The notes: generated by a model from the sequence alone, not told the origin. 64,000 nucleotides of DNA from Corallochytrium limacisporum Hawaii (GCA_002811645.1 PDIP01000034.1:1-64000), one strand, 5' to 3'; positions 11,664 through 23,530 are shown, numbered from the stretch's first letter. Numbers and translations: made by a program.

Positions 11664-14600
11664 CCGTGCTGCGCATTGCCCTGCTGGCGCTCCGTACCAA
11701 CGCCGGCGAAGCAAAAGCGGAAGGAAAACGCGGAGAAACAAACGAGCGAGAAGGAAAAAAATATGGCCCCAAAAAAAAAAGAATTTCACATTCCTGGACG
11801 GCGCAGTACTGTGTGTATAGCAACGTGTCACATCATTGATGTGGGCAGCGGGTCATCATTTTTGGCACCGTACTGTACATCTCATCTGTTTCCTTCACAT
11901 ACATTATATATTTACTACCTTACATCAATGGCAACGGAGACCTATCTTGCCATTTCCGTAGAGGCCCACAGGAATTTTCCTCGACGCCCTCTTGCTGCCG
12001 CCCCTTATTTTCTCATCTACTCCCTGCTTTATTTGGAAAGTGGCTGCGTTCTTAGTAATGAATGTACGGTATATTTACGTGAGGGTGACGCGATCTGCAG
12101 GCCCGCGCTGGGCCCCTCCCCAAACTCCCCCCGGAGGCCGTTCGTTCGGCACCCCAGCTTTGCTGTCCTTGATTTTAGTTTACGCTGATTTCCCTTGGGG
12201 CGAGGGGGGTTGCCCCTTGGGGCAGGGAAAGAGAGAGAGAAAGGGAGAGAGAGTGCCCGCGAGGGCTCAAAAATAAAAAACAAAAAAAAAAGGGGGGGCC
12301 CAATCCCCTCCTTCGTCGGTTCCCAGGCCCTGGTTTCTCTCGCGCGCGTAGTTTCAGCGTCGTGAACAGGTCCTGGAGAATCTATTCCCAACCACAAATC
12401 CCACTTGATATACAAAATGTGTTATGAATTTACGTGATGAAGAAGGTAGTGTATTGCAAAGGGTAGCCATTCTTCTCTTTCGGGAAGGGGTACCAGGCCT
12501 GATTCCCGATACGTTCCCTTGCGGTGACGCTGGTTGGGGTGCAAAGGGCGGTGGCACAGGAAGTAGAGAGAAGGATGGCGCGCACACGGTGGCGAGACAG
12601 GCTTAAACGGAGAAGAGAACGAGTTCATGACAGAGGAGCGGGAGAAGGCTACGCAGCGAAGTTCTGCCGTGGAGCAGCGAAACTTTTGTACGACATGACC
12701 CTGTCGGGCAACTTGGCTCGCTCATTTGGCGGGAGACAGAGAGCCCTTCCTTTCTCCATGTTCCCCTACGACATAATGCGTAGAGAGTCAGATGGAAGCA
12801 AAAGAGCGAAGGAAGTAGCGCACCAATGTCACGTAAAAATCGTCGGGTATGACCAACCCCAAGCTGCGAAGGGTGTTCTTGAGCAAAGGATGCGCGGCTT
12901 TACGGGAATCGCGAAGAAGAAAGAATTCCGGGTGTCCCGGGGGTGGTAGCAATCGGGAGGTGTAGAGAAGGAGAGAGAGTGAGAGTGAGTGAGAGAGGCA
13001 TAGACACACAGAGAGAGAGAGTGAGTGAGTGAGTGAGAATGATATAATGGCCTGTTCCCTTCGGTTGGTGTCTCGTAGGCCGCCCGCCCTTGCGCATTCT
13101 CTGTTCTGCCCCTCCGGTCCCCCCCCCCCGGGGGGGGCCCTCTGTCTCTCCCTCTTTCTCCTCTGTGCCCGTGCACCGTCCCACAAATGGTCGAGTCTTG
13201 CAACGTCAGTTATGATTGACACCGTATTTATTTGCATACAATAAGTACTGTAATGTAATTTCCATGTTGCCTTTGATCTCTCTCCGTGACCTGTTTGAGT
13301 GGGGTCGAGTTTTTGTTTTGTCATCGACTCCCGCAGGTCTGCGCTCGCGGCGGCGCGCGCACGAATGGACAGCCAATTCGACACTGAGAAATTCATCACT
13401 ATTTCGTAGATCAGTACATTCAGTATGAAACTAAACACCCCAACGTGAGGCGCTGGGGTGCAAGTGGCGGTTGGAGACAGAAAAGACAGAGAGCGTTATT
13501 TCTAGTTCTAAAGAAATTTCTTTCCTTTCTTCCTTTTCTTCTGTTTTACATTGTTTTGAATTTTTCGATTTGGCTTTTTTCTTATAATAAATACCACAAA
13601 TCTCCCTTTGAGGATTTGGGACTGGGAAAGGAGGAGGGGCCCCTCTTTGCCTGTACAGGCCCAACAATCGAGCGCAGAGGTACCGGCAGAGAACCAAACG
13701 TGCGTGAAGACAGAGATCGGAATTGGGATCCGATCCAGTGCATTTCTAATACACCATGGGCAAGGTCTCCAAAGTCTTGGATGGCTGGATACGGGGGTTA
13801 GATCCAGAAGCGAGTGAATGCGTGTGGGTGGAAGCAAGGTGGGTCAGCATGCGGTTGGAGCGTATGGTGCATTATCAAATCATCACTTGTTCCTTGCCGT
13901 CCGATGCAGGCCATCGCACTGCAAACTACATAGGGGCACCGAGGAGCGGACACAGACACAGGTGTGCAAACTCTCCAACATTTCACCGAGTGTTCCATCT
14001 TCCAATGTGACTCTGAGTGCGACATCTGTCTGTAGCTCGGTATCACTGTACAGTCCGCGTCAGTGGCGTGCTCATCAAGAAAATAGAAAGAACCCTCACC
14101 GTTTTTAATTCAGCAGCCTAGATGCTATTGCCCCACTACGCTCTCGCATGCTTAAACAACGTCATCTAATGTTTCAATGGTGATGACAATGAGCATGTAA
14201 GAGAAATGCTGGATCATGAGAAGGTCCACCAAAGGTGACTGGGACGACACAGACAATGCTGAGTGTAGTCTAGGCCTGTAAGAGACGCGGTGTTCAGTAC
14301 ACAGATGTCGCAGCAGGTTCAGATTGTATGTCTTCCGCCGGGTCTGATTCTCCCTGCTTTTGTCCCAAGGCGAATTCGGTCATCTGTCCCGTGTCCCTCC
14401 GCCCATCGGGCAGAAGGCACCGAAGGTTCAAAACCACCGTCACCTTGGGTGCTGAACGGGATTCATCGTTTGTGGGTTGACTCTTGCGCCATGGGAAGCT
14501 GGGAACCGGGATATGGTCGTCGTGTTTGTGCAGACGAATGTTGAGGGTCCTCCGTTCCATCGCTTGACTGATGATATGAGCGCTACGTATTCAACAAGGA

Positions 14601-15125
14601 ACAAAGCATTCCAGCAGAATTCCGCTCGAACAACAAACGCAGCGTATTACGGGTTCTACGTCTCTCCAAGATTGTCCACATCGCAATATACTGCGCAGCA
14701 AGACCGCGGGTATTGCCATGCAATTCAATCACCATCGGCATTCCTGTTACACATCTCTCTTTATTCTCTACCCTTGCTCCACTCTTCCGACTCCACTGGC
14801 ATTTTGGCATGTCCATTCATTCTATGCGAACCACAGATGGTCGGTAGACTGCTGCAGACTCGCACTCCCGAGACATCAGGAGCCAGCGGCTTCTGATGCG
14901 CGACAACCCGTCGCACGCAAATCCAACCCAGGAGTGGTACGCAGTGTCATTCGAATCCGACCAAGTGCTACCAATTTCCTAACAACCAAAATCTAATCCT
15001 CCACACATACAGTGATTAGCGCTTGGGAAGCCTACGCGGGTGTGGAGAGGAAGTCGCAAATGAAGCAGAGGATGAAGGACGAGAGGGGTCAGTCGCCAGA
15101 CTCGGTGGGACTCCCCGGCCCCCCC

Positions 15126-15338
15126 NNNNNNNNNNNNNNNNNNNNNNNNNNNNNNNNNNNNNNNNNNNNNNNNNNNNNNNNNNNNNNNNNNNNNNNNNNN
15201 NNNNNNNNNNNNNNNNNNNNNNNNNNNNNNNNNNNNNNNNNNNNNNNNNNNNNNNNNNNNNNNNNNNNNNNNNNNNNNNNNNNNNNNNNNNNNNNNNNNN
15301 NNNNNNNNNNNNNNNNNNNNNNNNNNNNNNNNNNNNNN
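15126..15338. other. Assembly gap (N run)
   Basis: Run of N flanked by C runs. Confidence 0.99.
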
Positions 15339-15932
15339 CCCCAACCCCGGGGGGAAGGGGAAAGGGGAGGTTTGGGAGGGGGGAAGGGGGGAAAGGGGGC
15401 AAAGGGCGGTCCCCGGTGGATGGGTTCAAAGCGTTAACTTTTTCGCAAATCTTTCAGGGACAGTGTGCACCTTGGATGCTGCGGTCTTTGCCCGAGACAG
15501 GTGGTTGCAGTATGAACTTTGTCTTCCTTCTTTCTGTCATTAGAATAGTGAGCTTGACAGAGCGATCACCTGCCAATTCCGACGAGATGAGACGTTGGTG
15601 AGACTCTCGATGCGGTTTCCTGCGTTGAGGATTCACTTCGGAACAGATCGTGTGGTGTTGCCATACAGGGCTAGATTGAGTGCATGTCACTTTCAGCAAC
15701 TATCAAAGTAGGTGGCTGATTTTCCTACCATGCCTTTGTTGTATTCAGTTTGGGTCTGGTATTTAGGAACGGGATTGAAGCTTGATCGAGAAGATTGACC
15801 ATAGGGTTCGGTGTTCCTTTACATCTCAAGCTTTCATGGGCATTGCCATCAAGATCCTGAAGACCAACCACTTGAAATAGAATAGGAAACATTTTCTGAT
15901 AGAACAGAGACTCAGACCATCAGTCTGACACC

Positions 15933-17408
15933 ATGGGTCAAGGTTCTTCTCTATTCCGCGAACCTCCAGCTCCCTCATTTTTTGGCGAGCCGGTGGAAGA
16001 GCATGCAGCAACCACAGACCCCATCTTTGCAGGCATATGCATTGCTTTTGCTGCTCTCTGGATTGGTTTGGTGCTGATCGCACCATCATTTATAGAAACG
16101 ACGGGTAAATCAGGTAAACGACCGATGATATACTACCTAATATTTGTTACGGTGAGTATGCTGATGGGCTTCACTGCCCTCGGGGCCAACTGGGGCAGTT
16201 CTTGGATCTATGCCTCCGCAACCAGCCACGTGCCCTATTCTGCTCTAATCGACTCAGAGATCAATGCCAAGATTGAGGTCTTTGTGCAGCTACGGGGCGT
16301 GAATATTACGCTGGATGCTGACGAGGCCAGTGAACAGGCCCTCGGACAAAAGATTTTCTTCAACGAACACTTCAATTGGCAGTGGGATCAAGGACGCCTT
16401 GGATTCGGTCGACTTGCCGGACAGATCAACCAGGACTTCCGTCGCGAGCAACAGGAAGGTACCCCAAAACCTATCCTTGACATTGTCGAATACTTCACCC
16501 CCGATCAAGATTTCTTCCGGTGGGGCCGCCACTACCGTCTTGCCGGCTACTACACGTCAATCATCATGTGGATGAGCCTGGTCACTTGGTTTGGCATGAA
16601 CGTGTTAACACTAGTTAACCTGAAATACGGCGGCTACATGAGCATGTGGACCGGTGGTTGGTGGATGGCCGCCGTACTTACCTATGACTATGTCCTCAAG
16701 AAGCAGTTCCTCGACCTAAAAATCCCTTTCCCCGAAGAGGAACTGGATGTGACCCGGAACTATGGATGGACATTCTGGTGGGTGGTGGCCGGTACGGTCC
16801 TCGCGTTTGTGTGGGGCTTCGCGCTAGTGTCGATCGGACGCGCCATGGAAGCGGCCCGTGTTCAAAAGCTGGCTCCGAACGTCCGCATCAAGCACCGTGG
16901 AATTGCCGGTAATGTGTGGTACCTGCTCACCCGCAAAGATCTCTACTCCAGCACAGACAAAATGTTCCACAACGTGCCACGCACTAGCGACTTGCCTGAC
17001 ATCAAGACGCAGAAGGATAGGAAAGTGTCTGTGTACACTGAGGAAGACATAATCGCTGTGAAGGACATTTCCTCAGACAGCAATAGTGGCAGTTCTGAAC
17101 TGACCCGGTCTAAATACAGCGCTGGTGGCCAGCGTGAGACCGCCGGAACAGAGACCGACACAGACCACTACCTAGACCCGGGACTTCCGATAGGCAATGG
17201 TTTAGCACGGTGCAATTCGTACCAATTGGATGACATGCCAGTCAACTATGAAAGCCACGGCCATGAGTACAATGTGCCAGTGGGTGTTGGACTAGTGCGC
17301 AGTTCTTTGGCATCGACCGGCTCGGATTCGTTACGGCCTCGACAGTCATTCGATTCCGGAGCAGGCTACTCCCACCGTGATAGTACAACGCCGATGTTGC
17401 CAAGGTGA
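15933..17408 (+). CDS. DUOXA: Dual oxidase maturation factor (DUOXA family)
   Basis: Five-TM layout with DUOXA-type motifs: GANWGSSW, VQLRGVNITLD (N-glycosylation NIT), FNEHFNWQW, GTPKPILDIVEYFTP, YRLAGYYTSIIMW and YGWTFW. These compare with human DUOXA1 GLGGVNITL / YNEEFTW / GLPDPVLYLAEKFTP / YRLAGHYTSAMLW (from memory). Long Ser-rich C-tail. Confidence 0.9.
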   Translation: MGQGSSLFREPPAPSFFGEPVEEHAATTDPIFAGICIAFAALWIGLVLIAPSFIETTGKSGKRPMIYYLIFVTVSMLMGFTALGANWGSSWIYASATSHVPYSALIDSEINAKIEVFVQLRGVNITLDADEASEQALGQKIFFNEHFNWQWDQGRLGFGRLAGQINQDFRREQQEGTPKPILDIVEYFTPDQDFFRWGRHYRLAGYYTSIIMWMSLVTWFGMNVLTLVNLKYGGYMSMWTGGWWMAAVLTYDYVLKKQFLDLKIPFPEEELDVTRNYGWTFWWVVAGTVLAFVWGFALVSIGRAMEAARVQKLAPNVRIKHRGIAGNVWYLLTRKDLYSSTDKMFHNVPRTSDLPDIKTQKDRKVSVYTEEDIIAVKDISSDSNSGSSELTRSKYSAGGQRETAGTETDTDHYLDPGLPIGNGLARCNSYQLDDMPVNYESHGHEYNVPVGVGLVRSSLASTGSDSLRPRQSFDSGAGYSHRDSTTPMLPR

Positions 17409-17439
17409 ACTGGTTTATGAGCCTGCCAACCTATACAAC

Positions 17440-17445
17440 AATAAA
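17440..17445 (+). terminator. Candidate polyadenylation signal AATAAA for DUOXA
   Basis: 32 nt after the stop codon. AATAAA also follows other genes at 10330, 23486, 32731 and 55831, and on the - strand at 58174-58179. Confidence 0.5.
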
Positions 17446-17547
17446 AACAATGAGTAAATAACAAAGTCTCTGTCATGATCATCATTTCACTTATTGTGTT
17501 GGACACCACTCAGCATCACATTAGCACCATTTGAATTGTATTCTTGG

Positions 17548-18768
17548 TCAGGATACTCTCGTAGACTCCCCTGCTGTGATTCCGTACTTGGCGGCTGCAG
17601 TGCTCACCCGCACACCAATCAGTTTGGACAGGATTTTGACCGAATCCACTGCCTTGAGTACAGTTTCTTTTGCACCCTTTTCGCGGTTCTCCAAGGAGAG
17701 CCAGAGTCGCAGAAGGTGGCGCCGCAGGGCAGGGTCTTCGGAGTCTTCATAGCCGGACCTGGCGTGAACAATGTAGTGGTTGCTCAGAAGCTGTATGTCG
17801 CCTGGTTGAAAGTCCATGGTCAATTGTATGCTCGGATCGTTGGCCAGGCGATCGTACTCCTGGATCACTTCCATTATTTTCGGATCCGGCTCAGGCATGA
17901 AGTCGTACTCCCAGACCGATGTGTAGTAGCCTGAGTGCCAGAAAGTTTTGAGATCCCCGTCGTAGTAACTCACAGGGCGAATCTTGAAGTAGCGAGTGTC
18001 ACCATCCCCGCGCGTGTCAAGATAGAAGTCTTCATAGAGATGGGGGATCAGATCGGGCCTTGTTTTGAGTAGTTCGTTGTAAATGGTTACGGAACTGGCG
18101 ATGCGTGACGTGCCGCCCTGCTTCGCGGGCTGAAGGCACATCAGTCCAACCACGTCGGCCGCATCGCAGTGAAAGAGGATATTTTCGTTTGTGCGGTATT
18201 GGCGGGTCTTGAGTTCTTCTAGTGTCTTGCGCTCATGTCCATAAAATTCGTCCCGGACGTGGCCCAGGAGCTCTCCGCGGCCGCTCTGCGCGCCTGGGAT
18301 ACCAAGCATTCTACCCAGGGCCCAGAAGAACAGTTCGCTCTGACCCACAGTCCAACGTTCCGTTGGGAGCCCACGAATAACCAAGAATCCCAAGCCATCG
18401 TGGTTCCTGGGATTCAGTACGTCTTTCCAACCCTCAACTATAGTGGCAAAGGCCGGATCGAAGTGCAGTTCGTTTTTGCTCAGGGCATCCATGGAGACAC
18501 CGGACGATTCCAACCGTTTGACTTCACGGTCAATGCCGTCAACTTCATCCGGAGTAAGGGTGACCATCCAATCCTCGGGCTTGAGGTCGATGCCTTTCCA
18601 CGCAGCCCGTCCTTCTATCGGAGTCATGCGGATTTCTCCGCTGTTCGGGCGGGAGAAGTAGTTCAGGCTCTGCATCATGATACTGCGTACTGCAGTTTTG
18701 TTCATGCCAAAGGACACGTAGGCCACTATTGCAGCCACCACTAACCACAAAAGATTCCGTCCCACCAT
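17548..18768 (-). CDS. TauD/TfdA-family Fe(II)/2-oxoglutarate dioxygenase with N-terminal signal/anchor
   Basis: Facial triad FHCDAAD...HARSGY, plus GGTSRIASS, FQPGDIQLLSN and RHLLRLWL. Hydrophobic N-terminus LLWLVVAAIVAYVSF. Confidence 0.88.
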   Translation of the reverse strand: MVGRNLLWLVVAAIVAYVSFGMNKTAVRSIMMQSLNYFSRPNSGEIRMTPIEGRAAWKGIDLKPEDWMVTLTPDEVDGIDREVKRLESSGVSMDALSKNELHFDPAFATIVEGWKDVLNPRNHDGLGFLVIRGLPTERWTVGQSELFFWALGRMLGIPGAQSGRGELLGHVRDEFYGHERKTLEELKTRQYRTNENILFHCDAADVVGLMCLQPAKQGGTSRIASSVTIYNELLKTRPDLIPHLYEDFYLDTRGDGDTRYFKIRPVSYYDGDLKTFWHSGYYTSVWEYDFMPEPDPKIMEVIQEYDRLANDPSIQLTMDFQPGDIQLLSNHYIVHARSGYEDSEDPALRRHLLRLWLSLENREKGAKETVLKAVDSVKILSKLIGVRVSTAAAKYGITAGESTRVS

Positions 18769-19600
18769 ATTTGACTTTCGTGACTTAACTTGTTTCTCAC
18801 TGTGAGTTCAGTGGCTGGAGACTTCGCCACAGTTTGACTTTCTGACGGCTGTTTTCGTTTTCTCAACACGTCTGTGCTTCTAAGGACCTCTGCGCTATGT
18901 CTTACACGCAGACAGTGGTCTTTGTCCAGCGCTGGTTTCGTTGCGGTGTCATACTAGGGCTGCGGGCGTTTCGCTTTAGCTTGAACCGCGGAGAGGAAGT
19001 GAAGGGAAGGGGGGGGGGGCCACTGGGGCTTTAGAAGTGGGGCGGGGGTCCTTTCACCCTCTTGCCCCAGGCCCAGGACCGACGGGCGAACCCCCAAAAT
19101 ACCAAAGGTACTGTTTGCCTCTTTGCGCAGTTTAAAAAAAGAAACTCCAGGCTCGCACTGCTCACGCAACAGCCGCGCGAAGTGCGATCCCAATCCGTAC
19201 GTACCGGCCCGGGTGGCTTGTCCCAGTTGGGCGGATGCGTACACCAGGAACCCATGCTTATACCCCATCCACAAGTCCATAATATGAACAAGGAGTGCAC
19301 GCGTCGTAGCAAGAGTATCATGTGTACATCCACATGGTAGGTGGTCCATCCCTAATGCCCCTTCGTCCGTACCAAGATCGGGTTGAGTGGGTGTGTGTAT
19401 GTGCGTCTGTCCAATCTAACCTTCCCCCAACCCCCCCCCAAACCCCAACCACACACACACACACACACGCACTACCTGGCCGTGCCTTCGCTTATAACGG
19501 GGAGCGGTATTGGGGGCCCCGATAATACACAAAAGCGCACAGTTTTTCTTAAGCAACAAAAAAGCCGTCGGCTTTGTTCCCCGCTCTCTCCCGCTTCCCC

Positions 19601-19829
19601 NNNNNNNNNNNNNNNNNNNNNNNNNNNNNNNNNNNNNNNNNNNNNNNNNNNNNNNNNNNNNNNNNNNNNNNNNNNNNNNNNNNNNNNNNNNNNNNNNNNN
19701 NNNNNNNNNNNNNNNNNNNNNNNNNNNNNNNNNNNNNNNNNNNNNNNNNNNNNNNNNNNNNNNNNNNNNNNNNNNNNNNNNNNNNNNNNNNNNNNNNNNN
19801 NNNNNNNNNNNNNNNNNNNNNNNNNNNNN
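19601..19829. other. Assembly gap (N run)
   Basis: Run of N flanked by C runs. Confidence 0.99.
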
Positions 19830-21960
19830 CCCCTCTTTCCCCTACCCCAGCCCCTCCCGGCCCATATCTCGTGACCCGACCCCGGGGGGCAAACCACTCT
19901 GCACAGTGCCCCAACGACGAAAGAAAAAGGTTAAAAGGAACCGGCGGCCAGCCAGAAAATTTCATTTCCCCCGAATCAGCCTACGGGAGTCTATTTAATC
20001 CTTTTTTCTCTCTCACAGAAGGCATAGAAAGAGAGTGACCGGGAGAGAGAGAGAGAAAGGGAGAAAATGACAGATTTGTTCCTCCGTTTCCTTTGGCTGG
20101 CCTCTCTTGGGAGCGAGAATTGGACCAAGGAGGGAGAGGGGTGGTGGTGGTTGGTAAATGGTAAGAAGTTGGTCATAGGTTTACTAGCCGCGGAGAAGCC
20201 GGTTTGCAAAAGGGGGGGAGGGGTGTGTGTCGCAAGAGTTTTAGTGCAGGTGTCAGAGGTTTGGACTGGACTGACTACTGACTGACTGACTCACCGCGGC
20301 TTTTTGTTCAGGCGAAATCACAGTAATGGGATTCCTCGTACTCATCATCACCATGACCGTCATCCATACCTTATCCAAAGCGATACCATCTCTCCATGAT
20401 TCCAATACGCGTATCCATCGCTAAATGTATCGAGGTGTATTTTCAATTCGATGATTTATGTTTGCGCACAGGATGTTTCGTAGTTCATCCCCCTTTAGCA
20501 CACTCTCCTAGCCTTCAAGTAGTATTGGAGATGCCCCAGCGATCACAAAGAAAACATCGTACACCTAGGACACCCATCATCTCAGTGCCACATTATATCT
20601 TTCCTACCACCGCCTTGGAATTACAGCTACCATGTCGAAGGTAAGCGGCACACCAAGACCCAAACGGTTTTCTAACAAGGCAAGAAGGGTCCACCGGTAC
20701 ACACCAACGGGAAAGCCAGAACAGAAAAAGACTGCCGACCATTGTGACTCCCTCGGCGGCAGTGCGTAGCACATAACCTGTGGACTGCCCAGGAATGCTT
20801 CCTCGACACGCCCACGCAGTAACACAAATTCAGGGACTCGTGACACATGGGGGGAGGGAAGGGGGGCTAGCCCTCACACACGGGGTGTCATCCAAAATAT
20901 TTTCGCATTACTCCAGGTCCATTGTTTTTGCTACCAAAGAGGGCGTGTCACGGAAATATTTGGTTCTAAGGACCCAGGCAGACGTCTCGGTGTCGTTGGA
21001 GAACGAAGCAGGACGGAAGGGCGAGGTGGGCTTCGGATTCTCCGACCCCCCCGGGGGAAGAGGCCCCGGTGTGCATTGGTACGGGTGGCACTGAGTCAAG
21101 ATCGCGCTTCCATGGATCAATTGCATGGTCTTGCGCATGAGAACCCATAGCAGAAAAAGCTCACAACGCACACTAGTACCTGCCCATGGTCCTCGGTTTT
21201 GCCGGTTTAGATGGTGATGCAAATTCCACATGACCTCAGGCGGATGGAAAGGAGAAAGGGCCGGGGCGGGGGATGACACACGCTCAAATTTTGAATCATC
21301 AAACAGCCCCTTGTCGGTACAAATCATATGCACTTGTGTTGAATGAAAAATCCTCCCCCAATCGGTGGCCCGCTCTCCTAATTTTTTTTTTTTTTCATCG
21401 AGGGGCTGAGGTGTACCCCTGACAAGGAAGAACCCGAGAACAAGCGCAGGGACCAAGGCCCCTCCTGCTTTCCTTCGGTCACCAAAAGGGAACAGAAAAA
21501 GTAAAGAACATTGGGAGATTGCAAAATTCGTGAGTGGCACGGTAGTCTTGGGTCATCGCTGGTTCATTCCGTGACTATGGCGTACCCGGTGGTGAATGGT
21601 CTGAAGATCACTGGCATCGGTGTACTAAGCCAGAGATGGGCCTTTTCCCCTCCCTTCTGTCCGTTCTTCTGCTCGGGGGAGTAGATCCCATATTCGCTGT
21701 GGATGGATAATTGCGCACGTTCCGTGACAAAGTCGATTCTTGTGTGTGTATGTGTATGTGTATGTGTGTTCCAAAGGTACTTTAGTCATCTGGACCATGT
21801 CAATGACGTGCCAGTGATACATGCTATCATTAGAGCTTTGCCGCAACTGGATATATGTTCGGTTACGAATGGATGAAATCAAAGCGAAAGCGAGTTCGGC
21901 ATATTGATACCACACAAACCCACCCATTTTAAGATCAGTCAGTAGCACGTAAACAAGGTA

Positions 21961-23370
21961 ATGCGTTGGATTAGTGGAGCTGCATTTGTGGCAGCAGCTG
22001 CTGTTGCCACTGCTCAAAATCCGACCGAGCCCCGTGGCCTCGCCTACCACAACTATGAATGCAGCGGCATTGGAGAAGATCTCCGCAAGGTTCAAGGCAT
22101 TGTTGACGATTTCAATACGGAAACAGGAAGAGTGACTGCCACCGGGACTGAATATGACATCCCTGGCGGAACCGGAGTGCTCTTTAGCCAGACGAACACG
22201 GACCAACTCTCCCCAGAGGTCAAGATCGAAGGCGAGGAAGATGGTGGTGTGTTCACCTTCGGCGACGAGGTTTGTAAGTTCATTGGTCCCTCAGAGCCTA
22301 CTACCACCGATGCATTCACAGCAGATTGTTTGGAAGGGTCGGACGGGTCCTGCTCCCTGGAAAGCGACTACATCACCGCACAAATGGTTAGGACCGCGTA
22401 CTTGAGTATGCAGATTGCCAATTGGGTATACGATATTGATGAGGATGATGCCCCGGATGCACCGCTGAACCCGTCCTCCACGGTTACTAATGTCTTTAAG
22501 CGAGATGATTCTTCCTTCTCGGACAATTCTGCCGTAGTCAGATACGATGATGTCTGTTTCGTCGCTTTTGAAGGTACGGAGACGACCGACCCAGGCGATA
22601 TTACGAGCGACTTGAATCTTGGGGTTACAGATTTCGTCGGCGGTGTCGAAGTCTTTGAGGGATTCCTTGAATATTTCGAAGGACTGCGTGATGATACGTT
22701 GAGTGCTCATCTGGATGAAATCAACAACGGTGGGTGCACGAAGTCAGTTATCACGGGCCATTCTCTGGGAGGCGGGGCTGCTCAACTGTACGCGTTCTAT
22801 GTGCTCTCGGAAGGCTTGATTACTCCGGAAATGTCCACGATAGAGCTGCAGGTGCACGCCAGCGTCAAGCCGTGGGCCTCCTCTGACAGTGCAACCATTG
22901 TGGAGGACTCGTTCGAGAGGATGGCGATATTACGATGGCAGGTTGATGGCGACCTTGTACCTTCATTCCCGGACAGGGGCCAGCCAATCGGTGTGCCGGT
23001 GAACATGGATAACACCGAGGATGTCAACCCGATCAAGGCTCACGAAATTGCACGGCACATAGACCATCTCTGGGCGCTGGAGGAGGCTACGATCACACGT
23101 TTCTGTGGAGCAACCTGTGACGCAAGCGAGACATATGCGGACGACAATCCCTGTGCACAGTTCACGGATTGCAACGGGGGTGATCCATTGGTGCCGCCGA
23201 ACAGCGACGAAGAAGGTACTTCCAGTAGTGTCAACCCGACAGCCACGGAACCGGCAACGGACTCTGATGAAGCCAACCCCAGTGACCCTGGCGGTGCCGC
23301 TGCCGTGGGAGTGACCAATGTGGGCGCTGTGGTACTGTCTATCTTCCTGTCTCTGACGTGGGCAATGTGA
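21961..23370 (+). CDS. Secreted, probably GPI-anchored class 3 lipase (alpha/beta hydrolase)
   Basis: Signal peptide; VAFEGT oxyanion region; ITGHSLGGGAA nucleophile elbow; DLVP Asp; AHEI His. Ser/Thr/Pro spacer and a C-terminal hydrophobic tail with no cytoplasmic domain. Confidence 0.85.
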   Translation: MRWISGAAFVAAAAVATAQNPTEPRGLAYHNYECSGIGEDLRKVQGIVDDFNTETGRVTATGTEYDIPGGTGVLFSQTNTDQLSPEVKIEGEEDGGVFTFGDEVCKFIGPSEPTTTDAFTADCLEGSDGSCSLESDYITAQMVRTAYLSMQIANWVYDIDEDDAPDAPLNPSSTVTNVFKRDDSSFSDNSAVVRYDDVCFVAFEGTETTDPGDITSDLNLGVTDFVGGVEVFEGFLEYFEGLRDDTLSAHLDEINNGGCTKSVITGHSLGGGAAQLYAFYVLSEGLITPEMSTIELQVHASVKPWASSDSATIVEDSFERMAILRWQVDGDLVPSFPDRGQPIGVPVNMDNTEDVNPIKAHEIARHIDHLWALEEATITRFCGATCDASETYADDNPCAQFTDCNGGDPLVPPNSDEEGTSSSVNPTATEPATDSDEANPSDPGGAAAVGVTNVGAVVLSIFLSLTWAM

Positions 23371-23530
23371 CATTGAACCCAAAAGAAGGCCCACATTAAT
23401 GAAATTTGTTTTCCATACCAAATACCACCATCAGTCAGCATCCCAACCGAATCTCTGAAAAAAAATGAAATAATGTACGATCGTAAATAAACTCAATCTA
23501 ATCTGGAAAAGCATGTGGCTGTTTGTTGAC

